Position numbers and translations under genes: made by a program
Shown here: positions 47,498 through 57,283 of the stretch, in pieces
How positions within the stretch are numbered: position 1 is the stretch's first letter
Layout: every line of letters starts with the position of its first letter
Notes under the pieces: generated by a model
The model's input: the letters and a program-made list of their open reading frames with translations, nothing else
What the model was told of the DNA's origin: nothing
The model's database searches: none
Assembly (NCBI GenBank): GCA_002337045.1
Contig: DDFF01000008.1
Location: 215,143 to 279,142 of the forward strand
Source of the DNA: Bacteroidetes bacterium UBA1935
Lineage (GTDB): Bacteria > Bacteroidota > Bacteroidia > Chitinophagales > Chitinophagaceae
Length of the DNA stretch: 64,000 nucleotides
Direction: 5' to 3'

Positions 47498-47505
47498 CTG
47501 ACAAG

Positions 47506-48693
47506 ATGATTGAGAATAAGAACATTATTAAAAACGAGGAGAAGGCTGTACTGGTAGGTTTGGTGCACAAAACACAAACCGAAGTGCAGACGATGGAGTA
47601 TTTGGCAGAGCTGGCGTTTCTTGCAGAGACTGCCGGTGCCGAAACTGTGAAGTCTTTTATACAAAAGCTACCGCACCCTGATAGTAAAACCTTTGTTGGT
47701 AAAGGTAAAATAGAAGAGATACGCGAGTTTGTGAAGGCTAAGGGTGTAAACCTGGTAATATTCGATGACGAGCTTACAGGTTCGCAGATAGGTAATATCA
47801 CCGATGCTATTGGCGTAAAGGTGATAGACCGAAGCGATCTTATCCTCGACATATTTGCCCGCCGTGCCAAGACAGCGCAGGCAAAAGTGCAGGTAGAGTT
47901 GGCACAGTATCAATACATACTGCCGCGTCTGCGTGGTATGTGGAAACACCTTGAGCGTCAGGGTGGTGGTATCGGTTCGCGTGGTCCGGGTGAAACGGAG
48001 ATTGAAACGGACCGTCGTATAGTAAAGGATAAAATCTCCCTGCTGCGTCGCCGCCTTGCAGAGATAGACAAGCAGGCTGCTACACAAAGACAGGAGCGTG
48101 GTACATATATACGCGTAGCATTGGTGGGCTATACCAACGTAGGTAAAAGCACGCTGATGACTTTGCTTACAAAGTCTGAAGTATTTGCAGAGAACAAACT
48201 CTTTGCAACGCTCGATACAACTACGCGCAAAGTGGTGTATGAACAAACGCCTTTTCTGCTGAGCGATACGGTAGGTTTCATACGCAAACTGCCACACCAT
48301 CTGGTAGAAAGCTTTAAGAGTACGCTGGATGAAGTGCGCGAGGCTGATTGTTTGCTACACGTGGTAGATATTTCTCACCCCGCATACGAAGACCAGATGG
48401 GGGTAGTGAATAAGACACTGCAGGATATCAAAGCATTCGACAAGCCAATCGTTACTATCTTTAACAAGATGGACCTGTACGAAGAGCGTACGTTTGATGA
48501 ATGGCTGGATAGCGAAGTGAAAGAAGACCTGCTGCGCCAATTGAAATCTCGTTGGGAACATGAAACAGGTGGCCGTTGTGTATTTGTATCGGCTACAGAG
48601 CGCCGTAATATAGACGCACTCCGCCAGAACATACTTGACAAGGTAAAGGAACTATACGCCGAACGCTATCCATACCTTACACAGTTTTATTAA
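47506..48693 (+). CDS. hflX: Ribosome-associated GTPase HflX
   Basis: 'GRGPGETEIETDRR', G1 'GYTNVGKST', G3 'DTVGF', G4 'NKMD'. The ATG at 47506 is preferred to the alternative start at 47485, which lies inside the hairpin. Confidence 0.92.
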   Translation: MIENKNIIKNEEKAVLVGLVHKTQTEVQTMEYLAELAFLAETAGAETVKSFIQKLPHPDSKTFVGKGKIEEIREFVKAKGVNLVIFDDELTGSQIGNITDAIGVKVIDRSDLILDIFARRAKTAQAKVQVELAQYQYILPRLRGMWKHLERQGGGIGSRGPGETEIETDRRIVKDKISLLRRRLAEIDKQAATQRQERGTYIRVALVGYTNVGKSTLMTLLTKSEVFAENKLFATLDTTTRKVVYEQTPFLLSDTVGFIRKLPHHLVESFKSTLDEVREADCLLHVVDISHPAYEDQMGVVNKTLQDIKAFDKPIVTIFNKMDLYEERTFDEWLDSEVKEDLLRQLKSRWEHETGGRCVFVSATERRNIDALRQNILDKVKELYAERYPYLTQFY

Positions 48694-48698
48694 TACAG

Positions 48699-48731
48699 AT
48701 ACGCTATTGTTTCAATAGCGTATTTTTCTTT
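48699..48731 (+). terminator. Rho-independent terminator of hflX
   Basis: 11-bp stem atacgctattg / caatagcgtat, 3-nt loop, then ttttctttt. Confidence 0.8.
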
Positions 48732-48769
48732 TAAAGAATGTAGTTCTGTTTTTTTACAATTATTTATTG

Positions 48770-48777
48770 TAAATTTG
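48770..48777 (+). promoter_or_regulatory. Candidate -7 box (TAnnTTTG) inside the long intergenic region
   Basis: 'taaatttg'. There is no convincing -33 TTTG at consensus spacing. Confidence 0.2.
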
Positions 48778-49161
48778 CACTATCTTTTATTGGCCGGTTC
48801 TTTGACATAAACCCTCTATCCCATTGTGAAGTCAATATATTTTTTTCATTAAGCTATTGTTGCCTGTTTTAGCCAATGGTTAAACATTTTCGTAACAATG
48901 AAACAAAAAACGCTTATTGAAAAACTGCAACAAACTGCAACAATTTCATCAAATAGCATTATCGTTCAATCAGTTACAGAGTGTATAAAATTTTAAATAG
49001 TCTTTGTTGTCATCAATCCGTAACCGTTTGTAACCATTTTTCACAAGCCTTTTAATCCTTGTTGTAAAAATTATATATCACAAAACTGCTATTCCTTCTC
49101 GCAAAAAAATGTTTTAACTTTCTAAGTATCGAGTTTAGAACCCCCTAAAAAAGCGACCTGA

Positions 49162-49404
49162 ATGAAGCAGACATCCAGAGAATTGTTAGTAACTACCAAG
49201 GCTGCACGGCATTGGCAAGACGACTTCGACCAACGGGTCGAAGAGCTGATGGCAGTAGTAAACAAAGTAGATACAGACGAGCAGGTAGAACACGCATCTG
49301 AATTAATGGACGTGTATCGCTCTAAGAGCAAAGCCAAAAAACAGAAAAGAAAAAAGGCCGATCCTGCCGACCGACCTTTTGAGTTTCTTGTATTTCGTAA
49401 CTGA
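49162..49404 (+). CDS. Hypothetical small charged protein (80 aa) with a Lys-rich C-terminal segment
   Basis: ATG-initiated ORF with composition similar to neighbouring genes, 'KSKAKKQKRKKADPADRP'. I recognise no family. Its stop lies 1 nt from the stop of the convergent gene. Confidence 0.35.
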   Translation: MKQTSRELLVTTKAARHWQDDFDQRVEELMAVVNKVDTDEQVEHASELMDVYRSKSKAKKQKRKKADPADRPFEFLVFRN

Positions 49405-49405
49405 T

Positions 49406-50065
49406 TTAATCCAGCGACCTATTGAGAAAATCTACTAATGGTTTCATTTCTGTAAACAACTTTACCACTTTCGAAACTGCCGTTTTTGAAGTGTAGTCCG
49501 CATCATCCATGGGGATGCTTACTATCACGCTTTTCATTTTAAGGAATTCTATTGCAGGGTTATCTGCCGTATAGCCCTGTGGAATGGTCTTCAATGTTTC
49601 TCCTTCCCATTTATTGAACAGCTTTTTGAAGCTGGCTTTGTTGATGATGCCTTGAAACTCCTTGAAGTTATAGTCCAGCTCCTGACGCACTTTTTTCAGC
49701 ACGGGGCCTTCGGGCATCCACATACCGCCTGCGAGAAACGACTTGCCGCCCGGCTGCAGGTGCATGTAATAACCCGCATCGGGCGACTTTTTGCCTCCGC
49801 GGCTCATATAGGCACCAAAATTAGCTTTGTACGGAGACTTGTCTTTGGCAAAGCGTACATCCCTGAATATGCGGAAGATGGAGTCTTTGGCCTTGTGTTC
49901 TGCAAGTCGTGGTTCCAGCTTGGTCAGTTCTGCATATACAGCCGTTACAAAAGCTTCATAATCAGCTTTGGCAGCCTCGTATAGTTTGCGGTTCTTGTCG
50001 AACCATTCTTTGTTGTTATTCTTTTCCAGCTTCTTCAGGAAGTCGATGGTGGCTTGTTGCAGCAT
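49406..50065 (-). CDS. DUF2461 (TIGR02453) family protein
   Basis: 'FLKKLEKNNNKEWFDKNRKLYE', 'IFRIFRDVRFAKDKSPYK', 'GYYMHLQPG'. Confidence 0.7.
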   Translation of the reverse strand: MLQQATIDFLKKLEKNNNKEWFDKNRKLYEAAKADYEAFVTAVYAELTKLEPRLAEHKAKDSIFRIFRDVRFAKDKSPYKANFGAYMSRGGKKSPDAGYYMHLQPGGKSFLAGGMWMPEGPVLKKVRQELDYNFKEFQGIINKASFKKLFNKWEGETLKTIPQGYTADNPAIEFLKMKSVIVSIPMDDADYTSKTAVSKVVKLFTEMKPLVDFLNRSLD

Positions 50066-50238
50066 AGCTGATACGGATGTTAATATTTATTGAAATGATG
50101 TTAGCCATTACGAATATAAAACATATTGCCATTAGCTTTGAAGATGCTCTAATAAACATGTGTTAAATGCCCGATAACTGGGGCTGTTTGCATACCTTTG
50201 AGCATCTGAAAAGTAAACACATTAATATTTAATACATA

Positions 50239-51405
50239 ATGACGCGTTTAGCCATATTAGGTTCAACAGGATCGATAGGTACACAGGCTTTAGAGGTTGT
50301 GGCTGCGCACCCGGAATTGTTTGAGGTAGAGATACTGAGTGCACATAGTAACAGTGCTTTGCTCATAGAGCAGGCACGCAAATTCAATCCCAATGCGGTA
50401 GTAGTAACACATGAAGAAAGCTATGAAGCCGTAAAATATGCTTTATCAAACCTGCCCATCAAAGTATTCTCTGGTGCCGATGCGCTGAATGATGTAGTAC
50501 AATGGGACACTGTAGATACGGTGGTGACTGCTATCGTTGGTTTTGCAGGCTTGTCATCTACACTTGCTGCGGTAAATGCAGGTAAGACAATAGCACTGGC
50601 CAATAAAGAAACATTGGTAGTAGCAGGCGATATCGTAATGAAAGCCGCTGCTGAAAAAGGTGCTAGGATAGTACCTGTAGATAGCGAACACTCTGCCATC
50701 TTCCAATGCCTGGTAGGCGAAGACTGGAATACGATTGAGAAAGTTATACTCACCGCATCCGGTGGTCCTTTCCTGGGTAAAAAGACCAACTACCTGCTGA
50801 ACGTAAAAGCAAGCCATGCCCTGCAGCACCCTAACTGGACGATGGGTGCTAAAATAACCATCGACAGTGCAACCCTGATGAACAAAGGGTTGGAGATGAT
50901 AGAAGCTAAATGGCTCTTTGGCTTGAAGAACGAGCAGATAGAAGTAGTGGTGCATCCGCAATCTATCATACACTCACTGGTGCAGTTTACAGACAGTTCT
51001 ATCAAAGCGCAGCTGGGACTGCCCGATATGAAGCTGCCGATACAATATGCGTTGGGCTTTCCGCGCCGCCTGCAAAACAATTTCAAGCGTTTTGATTTCA
51101 GGGATTACAGCAAGTTCACCTTCGAACAGCCTGACCTGAAAACATTCCGCAATCTTGCACTGGCTATAGAGGCAATGGAAAAGGGGGGTAATGTGCCATG
51201 TGTTATGAATGCAGCTAACGAGGTGGTGGTACAGTCTTTCCTGAACAACAGGGTGAGCTTTATAGAAATGAGCGATATCATAGAGAATGTAATGGGTAAA
51301 GTAGCTTTTGTAGACAATGCCACACTAGATGATTATCGTCTATCTGATAAAGAAGCACGTGCCGTAGCATCTGAATTGGTAAAACACAGCCAACTATCAC
51401 ACTAA
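50239..51405 (+). CDS. dxr: 1-deoxy-D-xylulose-5-phosphate reductoisomerase
   Basis: 'LAILGSTGSIGTQALEV', 'LANKETLV', 'VDSEHSAIFQCL', 'HPNWTMGAKITIDSATLMNKGLE'. Confidence 0.95.
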   Translation: MTRLAILGSTGSIGTQALEVVAAHPELFEVEILSAHSNSALLIEQARKFNPNAVVVTHEESYEAVKYALSNLPIKVFSGADALNDVVQWDTVDTVVTAIVGFAGLSSTLAAVNAGKTIALANKETLVVAGDIVMKAAAEKGARIVPVDSEHSAIFQCLVGEDWNTIEKVILTASGGPFLGKKTNYLLNVKASHALQHPNWTMGAKITIDSATLMNKGLEMIEAKWLFGLKNEQIEVVVHPQSIIHSLVQFTDSSIKAQLGLPDMKLPIQYALGFPRRLQNNFKRFDFRDYSKFTFEQPDLKTFRNLALAIEAMEKGGNVPCVMNAANEVVVQSFLNNRVSFIEMSDIIENVMGKVAFVDNATLDDYRLSDKEARAVASELVKHSQLSH

Positions 51406-51423
51406 ATATTATTTTTGTAAATC

Positions 51424-52806
51424 ATGTTATTTAACTCAATGCTTTTAATGTCGGGTGGAGCCGTGCAGGCGATACAGTTGTTTGCCGCTTTATCTATACT
51501 CATATTACTTCACGAATTCGGCCACTTCTTCTTTGCGCGCCTTTTTAAAACACGTGTAGAGAAGTTTTACCTGTTCTTCGATTTTCTGTTCCCGTTCCCG
51601 GGCCTGCTCAATTTCTCACTCTTCAAAAAGAAGAAAGGTGATACGGAATACGGCCTCGGCTGGTTCCCATTGGGTGGCTATGTGAAGATAGCCGGTATGG
51701 TGGATGAAAGCATGGATACTGAAGCCATGAAACAACCACCGCAACCGTGGGAATACCGTTCTAAAAAAGCATGGCAACGTTTGTTCATTATGCTGGGTGG
51801 TATCATCATGAATGTGATAGTAGCCATTGGCATCTATGCGTTGATATTTGGTGTATGGGGCGAGGAATACCTGCCTGTGAAAAATGCAACGAATGGTATA
51901 GCTGTAGATAGCATTGGCCAGAGCATCGGTTTCAAAAGTGGCGATAAGGTAGTAGCGTTGGATGGCAAACCAGTAGAGCGGTTTAATAAAATAACATACG
52001 GTATTGTATTTGATGGTGTAAAAACCGTGCAGGTAATGCGCGACGGACAACAGGTAGATGTAAAAATACCTGAAGGCACTATCCGTAAAATACTGAAAGG
52101 ACAAAAGAGCTTTATTGCACCGCGTATGCCTTTGGTAATAAGTGAAGTGGATAAAGCAAGCGAAGCTGGTAAAATGGGATTGCAGGAGGGGGATAGTATA
52201 ATTGCCCTGAATGGACAACCTATCAAATACAATGATGAATACGAAGTACTGAAGCATAGTTTCGTAGCTGGTCAGAGTGTTACCATGACATTGGTACGAA
52301 AAGGCGTGATAGTAAATGCAACCGGTGTATTACCGGCTAATAAATTATTCGGGTTTGTAAGAGAAAGTGATGCCTCTAAATACTATCAGTACGAAAAGAT
52401 AAACTACAATGCGTTTACCGCTGTTGGTAGAGGGTTTACATATACTTTCGAACAGGTGGCTAACTACTGGCAACAATTGAAAATGATCTTCACATCGAAA
52501 GAAGTGAAAGCATCTGAAAGCGTAGGTGGTATCGTTAGCTTTGGTAAAATGTTCTCACCTGTATTTGATTGGCAGGACTTCCTGATGCTGACAGCATTTG
52601 TATCTATCATACTGGCAGTAATGAACCTGTTGCCTGTACCAGGTTTGGATGGCGGTTATGTTATCTTCCTGTTGTTTGAAATGATAACAGGACGCCAAGT
52701 AAGCGAAAAGGTAATGGAACGTGCTACCACGGTAGGTCTGGTACTGTTGCTTGCGCTGATGGTATACGCAAACGGGCTGGACATATTCAGGCTGTTCTCT
52801 AAATAA
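51424..52806 (+). CDS. rseP: Site-2 (RIP) zinc metalloprotease RseP
   Basis: 'HEFGHFFFAR' (HExxH), two PDZ-like segments, 'NLLPVPGLDGG'. Confidence 0.9.
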   Translation: MLFNSMLLMSGGAVQAIQLFAALSILILLHEFGHFFFARLFKTRVEKFYLFFDFLFPFPGLLNFSLFKKKKGDTEYGLGWFPLGGYVKIAGMVDESMDTEAMKQPPQPWEYRSKKAWQRLFIMLGGIIMNVIVAIGIYALIFGVWGEEYLPVKNATNGIAVDSIGQSIGFKSGDKVVALDGKPVERFNKITYGIVFDGVKTVQVMRDGQQVDVKIPEGTIRKILKGQKSFIAPRMPLVISEVDKASEAGKMGLQEGDSIIALNGQPIKYNDEYEVLKHSFVAGQSVTMTLVRKGVIVNATGVLPANKLFGFVRESDASKYYQYEKINYNAFTAVGRGFTYTFEQVANYWQQLKMIFTSKEVKASESVGGIVSFGKMFSPVFDWQDFLMLTAFVSIILAVMNLLPVPGLDGGYVIFLLFEMITGRQVSEKVMERATTVGLVLLLALMVYANGLDIFRLFSK

Positions 52807-52830
52807 TAAACTTGTAATAACAATAAAAGA

Positions 52831-52857
52831 AAAGCGGGGCAATTGCCCCGCTTTTTT
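52831..52857. terminator. Bidirectional terminator between rseP and convergent galE
   Basis: aaaagcggggc-aatt-gccccgctttttt. It overlaps the galE stop codon. Confidence 0.85.
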
Positions 52858-53896
52858 AATTCATTGATATTTTAGCTGCTTCTTTTTTCATTGCTACTTC
52901 CCATCTCCATGCTGTGTCCATCATGTCATCCAGCGAATATTTGATATCCCAATCGAGCAGGGCACGGGCTTTTGCATTGTTGGCAAATACCTCTACCACA
53001 TCGCCCGGGCGGCGTGGGCCTAATTTATAGTTCAGCTTCTCTCCCGATACTTTTTCAAAAGCATTAATCAGCTCCAGTACAGTTACACCATTGCCCGAAC
53101 CAAGATTAAATACATCGCAATTGGTACTGTTGTGCTCATCGAGGGTGTATTGGAGTGCTTTAGTATGTGCATTGGCTATATCCATCACATGTATATAGTC
53201 GCGTACACAAGAGCCATCGCGGGTAGGGTAGTCTGTGCCGAATACCTGCATCTCATTGCGCTTGCCGATGGCAGTTTGTGTAATAACAGGTACAAGGTTT
53301 TCAGGCTTGTCCTGCAACTCACCTATAATCACAGAAGGATGTGCACCTACGGGATTGAAGTAGCGCAGCAGTGTAACATTAAAGTCGGGGTTTTGCCTGG
53401 CAAGATCTCTGCACATAGCCTCGCCTATTTGCTTGGTGCGTGCATAAGGAGATTCAGGTTCTGCCAACGGTGCTGTTTCTTCAACAGGCAACTTCGTAGC
53501 ATTGCCATATACCGAGCAGGATGATGAAAACACAAAGTGGTTTACTTTATAGTTTTTTGCACACTGCAGTATGTTGACGAGTGAGTCCAGATTATTGCTA
53601 TAGTATTTCAGTGGTTCTTCTACAGATTCGGGTACGGACTTGAAAGCTGCGAAATGTATGATGCCTACTATATCGGGGTTCTCAATAAAGATTGTTTCTG
53701 TATCGTCCGCATCGCACAGGTTTACCTTGTAGTTTTTTACCGGCCTGCCTGTTATCTTTTCAATACCCTGCAACATGCGCAGCGAACCACGAGATAAGTC
53801 GTCGACAGATATTACGTCGAACCCATTGGCTATCAGGTCTACTATCGTATGACCGCCAATGTATCCGCAACCACCTGTTACAAGTATTTTCTTCAT
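52856..53896 (-). CDS. galE: UDP-glucose 4-epimerase
   Basis: 'ILVTGGCGYIGGH', 'SSSCSVYG', 'YARTKQIGE' (YxxxK), 'LRYFNPVGAH'. Confidence 0.9.
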   Translation of the reverse strand: MKKILVTGGCGYIGGHTIVDLIANGFDVISVDDLSRGSLRMLQGIEKITGRPVKNYKVNLCDADDTETIFIENPDIVGIIHFAAFKSVPESVEEPLKYYSNNLDSLVNILQCAKNYKVNHFVFSSSCSVYGNATKLPVEETAPLAEPESPYARTKQIGEAMCRDLARQNPDFNVTLLRYFNPVGAHPSVIIGELQDKPENLVPVITQTAIGKRNEMQVFGTDYPTRDGSCVRDYIHVMDIANAHTKALQYTLDEHNSTNCDVFNLGSGNGVTVLELINAFEKVSGEKLNYKLGPRRPGDVVEVFANNAKARALLDWDIKYSLDDMMDTAWRWEVAMKKEAAKISMN

Positions 53897-53935
53897 CAAT
53901 CAGAGGGGGGTATTAAACAATACAAATATACCGTA

Positions 53936-55753
53936 TTATTTAACCTGCTGCATGTCTACCAGCTTTTTATACAAGCCGTTTTTAGCTATCAGTTCATTGT
54001 GTGTGCCACGTTCCATTACCTTGCCTTTCTCCAGTACAATAATCTCGTCGGCATGCTGCACGGTAGATAGTCTATGGGCAATAACGATACAGGTACGGTT
54101 CTTCATCAGGGTGTTGATAGCATCCTGTACAACGCGTTCGCTTTCGGTGTCTAACGAAGACGTAGCCTCATCCAATATCAGTATTGGCGGATTTTTAAGT
54201 ACTGCTCGAGCAATGGTAACACGCTGGCGTTCGCCGCCGCTTAATTTCGCACCTCTGTCGCCAACAATGGTTTCGTAGCCATTGGCTTTTTGCGTAATGA
54301 AGTTGTGCGCATTAGCAATGCGAGCAGCTTCATGTACCTGCTCCAACGACGCACCACCAGTGCCGAGTGTTATGTTATTGTAAATAGTATCGTTGAAAAG
54401 AATTGGCTCCTGACTAACTACGCCCATTTGTTTGCGCAGGTCAAACAGCTTGTAGTCTTTTACGTTTATGCCGTCTATCAGTATCTCGCCCGCTGTCACA
54501 TCGTGAAAACGTGGTATTAGGTCTGCCAGAGTAGATTTACCAGCGCCCGATGGACCAACAAGGGCAATGGTTTTACCTTTGTGTATCGTCAGGTTGATGT
54601 TGTCAAGTATCACTTTATCGCCATAAGCAAAGCGTACATCTTTCAGTTCTATCGATTGGCTGAATGTAGAGATTGACTTAGCATCAGGTTTGTCTGTGAT
54701 GGTATTGTCTGCGTTCAGCAGGTGTTCTATCCTATCCAATGCTGCTGCACCTTTCTGTACATTGTTGAGTGCGGTAGACAGGTTTTTGATAGGGTTGATA
54801 ATCATGTAGAACAGGCCGATGTAGGTAAGGAAGAAGGGACCTGTAAGGGACGATTGCCCTGAGAAAATGAGCTTGCCGCCGTACCACAATATCATACAAA
54901 CCACTATCACACCCATTGTTTCAGACATGGGCGAACCAAGTTCTTTGCGCCTTGATATCTGTTTGCGAACACGGAAGAGTGTATTGTTTGTTTCGCGGAA
55001 TTTCAATTGCTGATGGCGCTCTGCATTGAATGCTTTTACCACACGCATACCTGCGATGGTTTCATCTATGATGCCAAGTATGCTACCCAGATATTCCTGT
55101 GCAAGGTTGGATGGCTTTTTCAGTGATTTGCCAATGCGACCAATTACAAAACCTGCAATTGGCAGGAATAATACCAAGAATACTGTAAGCTGCGGGCTGA
55201 TGAGTATCATAGATACCAGCACGAAGATGATGGTCAACGGCTCGCGGATGAAGGACTCCAGCACGTTCATGATGGATACTTCAATCTCGTTGATATCGTT
55301 GGTCATTCGCGATATCAAATCGGCCTTGCGCTCTTCTGTAAAGAAGCCTATGGGCAGCGATAGTATTTTGGTAAACATGTCATCGCGCAGCTTTCGCAGG
55401 AGTGCATATCTGATAGGATTCAGGATATTGAGCGAAAGATAAATGAACAGGTTTTTCAGTATGGTAAATACCACAACCGTGATAACAATATAGGTGAGCG
55501 ATGTGAGCTTATCATGTTGCGCTACAAAATCGTTTATCCATTGTGTGATGTAGCCTGCAATATTCAGTCCGCCCTTTGCTTTACTATCTGCAACAGGTGT
55601 AGTGCCCGTGCCGAAGAGTACCTGCAATACAGGTGCAAGCATGGTGAATGAAAACAATCCGAACACCACAGCCAGTAGCGTAGTGATACAAAATTGTACT
55701 ACCTGAAGTCTGAAATCCTTGAGGTAACTGAATAGCTTGCCGGCTCTTTTCAT
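53936..55753 (-). CDS. ABC exporter, fused permease/ATPase (MsbA-like)
   Basis: Six-TM N-terminal half, Walker A 'GPSGAGKST', signature 'LSGGERQR', Walker B 'ILILDEATS'. Confidence 0.85.
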   Translation of the reverse strand: MKRAGKLFSYLKDFRLQVVQFCITTLLAVVFGLFSFTMLAPVLQVLFGTGTTPVADSKAKGGLNIAGYITQWINDFVAQHDKLTSLTYIVITVVVFTILKNLFIYLSLNILNPIRYALLRKLRDDMFTKILSLPIGFFTEERKADLISRMTNDINEIEVSIMNVLESFIREPLTIIFVLVSMILISPQLTVFLVLFLPIAGFVIGRIGKSLKKPSNLAQEYLGSILGIIDETIAGMRVVKAFNAERHQQLKFRETNNTLFRVRKQISRRKELGSPMSETMGVIVVCMILWYGGKLIFSGQSSLTGPFFLTYIGLFYMIINPIKNLSTALNNVQKGAAALDRIEHLLNADNTITDKPDAKSISTFSQSIELKDVRFAYGDKVILDNINLTIHKGKTIALVGPSGAGKSTLADLIPRFHDVTAGEILIDGINVKDYKLFDLRKQMGVVSQEPILFNDTIYNNITLGTGGASLEQVHEAARIANAHNFITQKANGYETIVGDRGAKLSGGERQRVTIARAVLKNPPILILDEATSSLDTESERVVQDAINTLMKNRTCIVIAHRLSTVQHADEIIVLEKGKVMERGTHNELIAKNGLYKKLVDMQQVK

Positions 55754-55760
55754 CTTTCTT

Positions 55761-57254
55761 TTATTCTATAGTATAAGAGACGCTACCGTCTTTTTCATCT
55801 TTCAGTATAATGCCTGCTTCTGACAGTTTGTTGCGTATCTGGTCTGATGTTGCAAAGTCTTTGCGTGTGCGTGCGTCTTTGCGTATTTCTATCAGCAGCG
55901 ACAATACCTGATCTATCTTATTGCTTTGCTGTGCTTGTAGCGGCTGCAAACCAAGTATATCTTCCAGGTATGTTTTGAATGTAGCAGACAGCAATGCGAA
56001 TGTTGATGCGCTAAGTGCATTCATAGCAACCTGCCCACCCTTCATGCCATTGGTTACAGGTGCCAACTCAAACAGATTGGCAATCACTTTGGCAGTGTTC
56101 AGATCATCATTCATAAAGTCGTCGCACTCTTTGCACCATTTCACAACCTGTGTATCCAGTGCCGCATCGCCTGCAGTTTCGTTGCCTGGGTGTGCCAGCT
56201 TCTTCAATACTTCATATGCTTCCCACAGGCGGCGCAATGCTTTCTCAGAGCCTTGCAGGGCTTCGTTAGAGAAATCGAGTGTGCTGCGGTAGTGTGTTTG
56301 CAATATATAGAAGCGTACCACCATCGGGTGATAAGCTTGCTCCAGTATCGGGTGTGCGCCACTGAACAGTTCAGTGAGCTTGATAACGTTGTTGTATGAT
56401 TTGCCCATCTTCTTGCCGTTGATGGTAATCATGTTATTGTGCATCCAGTAGCGCACAGGCGGGTGGCCGTGTGCTATGGTAGATTGTGCAATCTCACTTT
56501 CGTGGTGAGGGAACTGCAAGTCCATACCGCCACCATGTATATCGAATGTTTCGCCCAGATATTTGCGGCTCATGGCAGAGCACTCAATATGCCATCCCGG
56601 GAAACCCTCGCCCCACGGGCTGTTCCAACGCATGATGTGTTCAGGTGGCGCGCTCTTCCACAGTGCAAAGTCTGTTTTGTTGCGTTTCTCATCCTGTCCT
56701 TCAAGATCGCGGGTTGTTTCCAGCAGGTCATCTATTATGCGGCCGGAGAGTTTACCGTAAGGATATTTCTCGGCGTATTTCTTAACATCAAAATATACAG
56801 AGCCGTTTACCTCATAAGCATAGCCTTCTTTAATGATTTTCTGAATCATGTCTATCTGCTCTATGATGTGGCCTGTAGCTGTAGGCTCTATGCTTGGTTC
56901 CAGGTTGTTGAACAGGCGCATACCCCAATGGAACAGGCTGGTGTATTTGTGCACCAGTTCCATAGGCTCCAGTTTCTCCAGCTGTGCCTTGCCTGCTATC
57001 TTATCTTCCGCATCGCGGCCTTCTTCTTCAAAGTGGCCTGCATCTGTGATATTGCGCACATAGCGCACTTTGTAGCCAAGGTGTTGCAGATAACGATTCA
57101 CTACATCGAACGTAATGTACGGACGCGCGTGGCCAAGGTGAGATTCTCCCGATACGGTAGGGCCGCAAACATACAGGCCTACGTGACCGGGGGTTATTGG
57201 TTCAAACTTCTCCTTTTCTCTTGAATATGAATTGTATATGTGTAAGTCGGACAT
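55761..57254 (-). CDS. cysS: Cysteine--tRNA ligase
   Basis: '[19 protein letters not shown]' (HIGH), 'WHIECS', 'KMGKSYNN' (KMSKS). Confidence 0.95.
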   Translation of the reverse strand: MSDLHIYNSYSREKEKFEPITPGHVGLYVCGPTVSGESHLGHARPYITFDVVNRYLQHLGYKVRYVRNITDAGHFEEEGRDAEDKIAGKAQLEKLEPMELVHKYTSLFHWGMRLFNNLEPSIEPTATGHIIEQIDMIQKIIKEGYAYEVNGSVYFDVKKYAEKYPYGKLSGRIIDDLLETTRDLEGQDEKRNKTDFALWKSAPPEHIMRWNSPWGEGFPGWHIECSAMSRKYLGETFDIHGGGMDLQFPHHESEIAQSTIAHGHPPVRYWMHNNMITINGKKMGKSYNNVIKLTELFSGAHPILEQAYHPMVVRFYILQTHYRSTLDFSNEALQGSEKALRRLWEAYEVLKKLAHPGNETAGDAALDTQVVKWCKECDDFMNDDLNTAKVIANLFELAPVTNGMKGGQVAMNALSASTFALLSATFKTYLEDILGLQPLQAQQSNKIDQVLSLLIEIRKDARTRKDFATSDQIRNKLSEAGIILKDEKDGSVSYTIE

Positions 57255-57283
57255 ATGGTAAAATAATGTGCAAAAATAAGGCT

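Noticed and set aside
48898-48996. A 32-aa ORF (MKQKTLIEKLQQTATISSNSIIVQSVTECIKF) in the long intergenic region
   Set aside because: It is too short, has no recognisable features, and overlaps the tandem 10-mer repeat, so I cannot support it as a gene. It is mentioned only within the intergenic finding.
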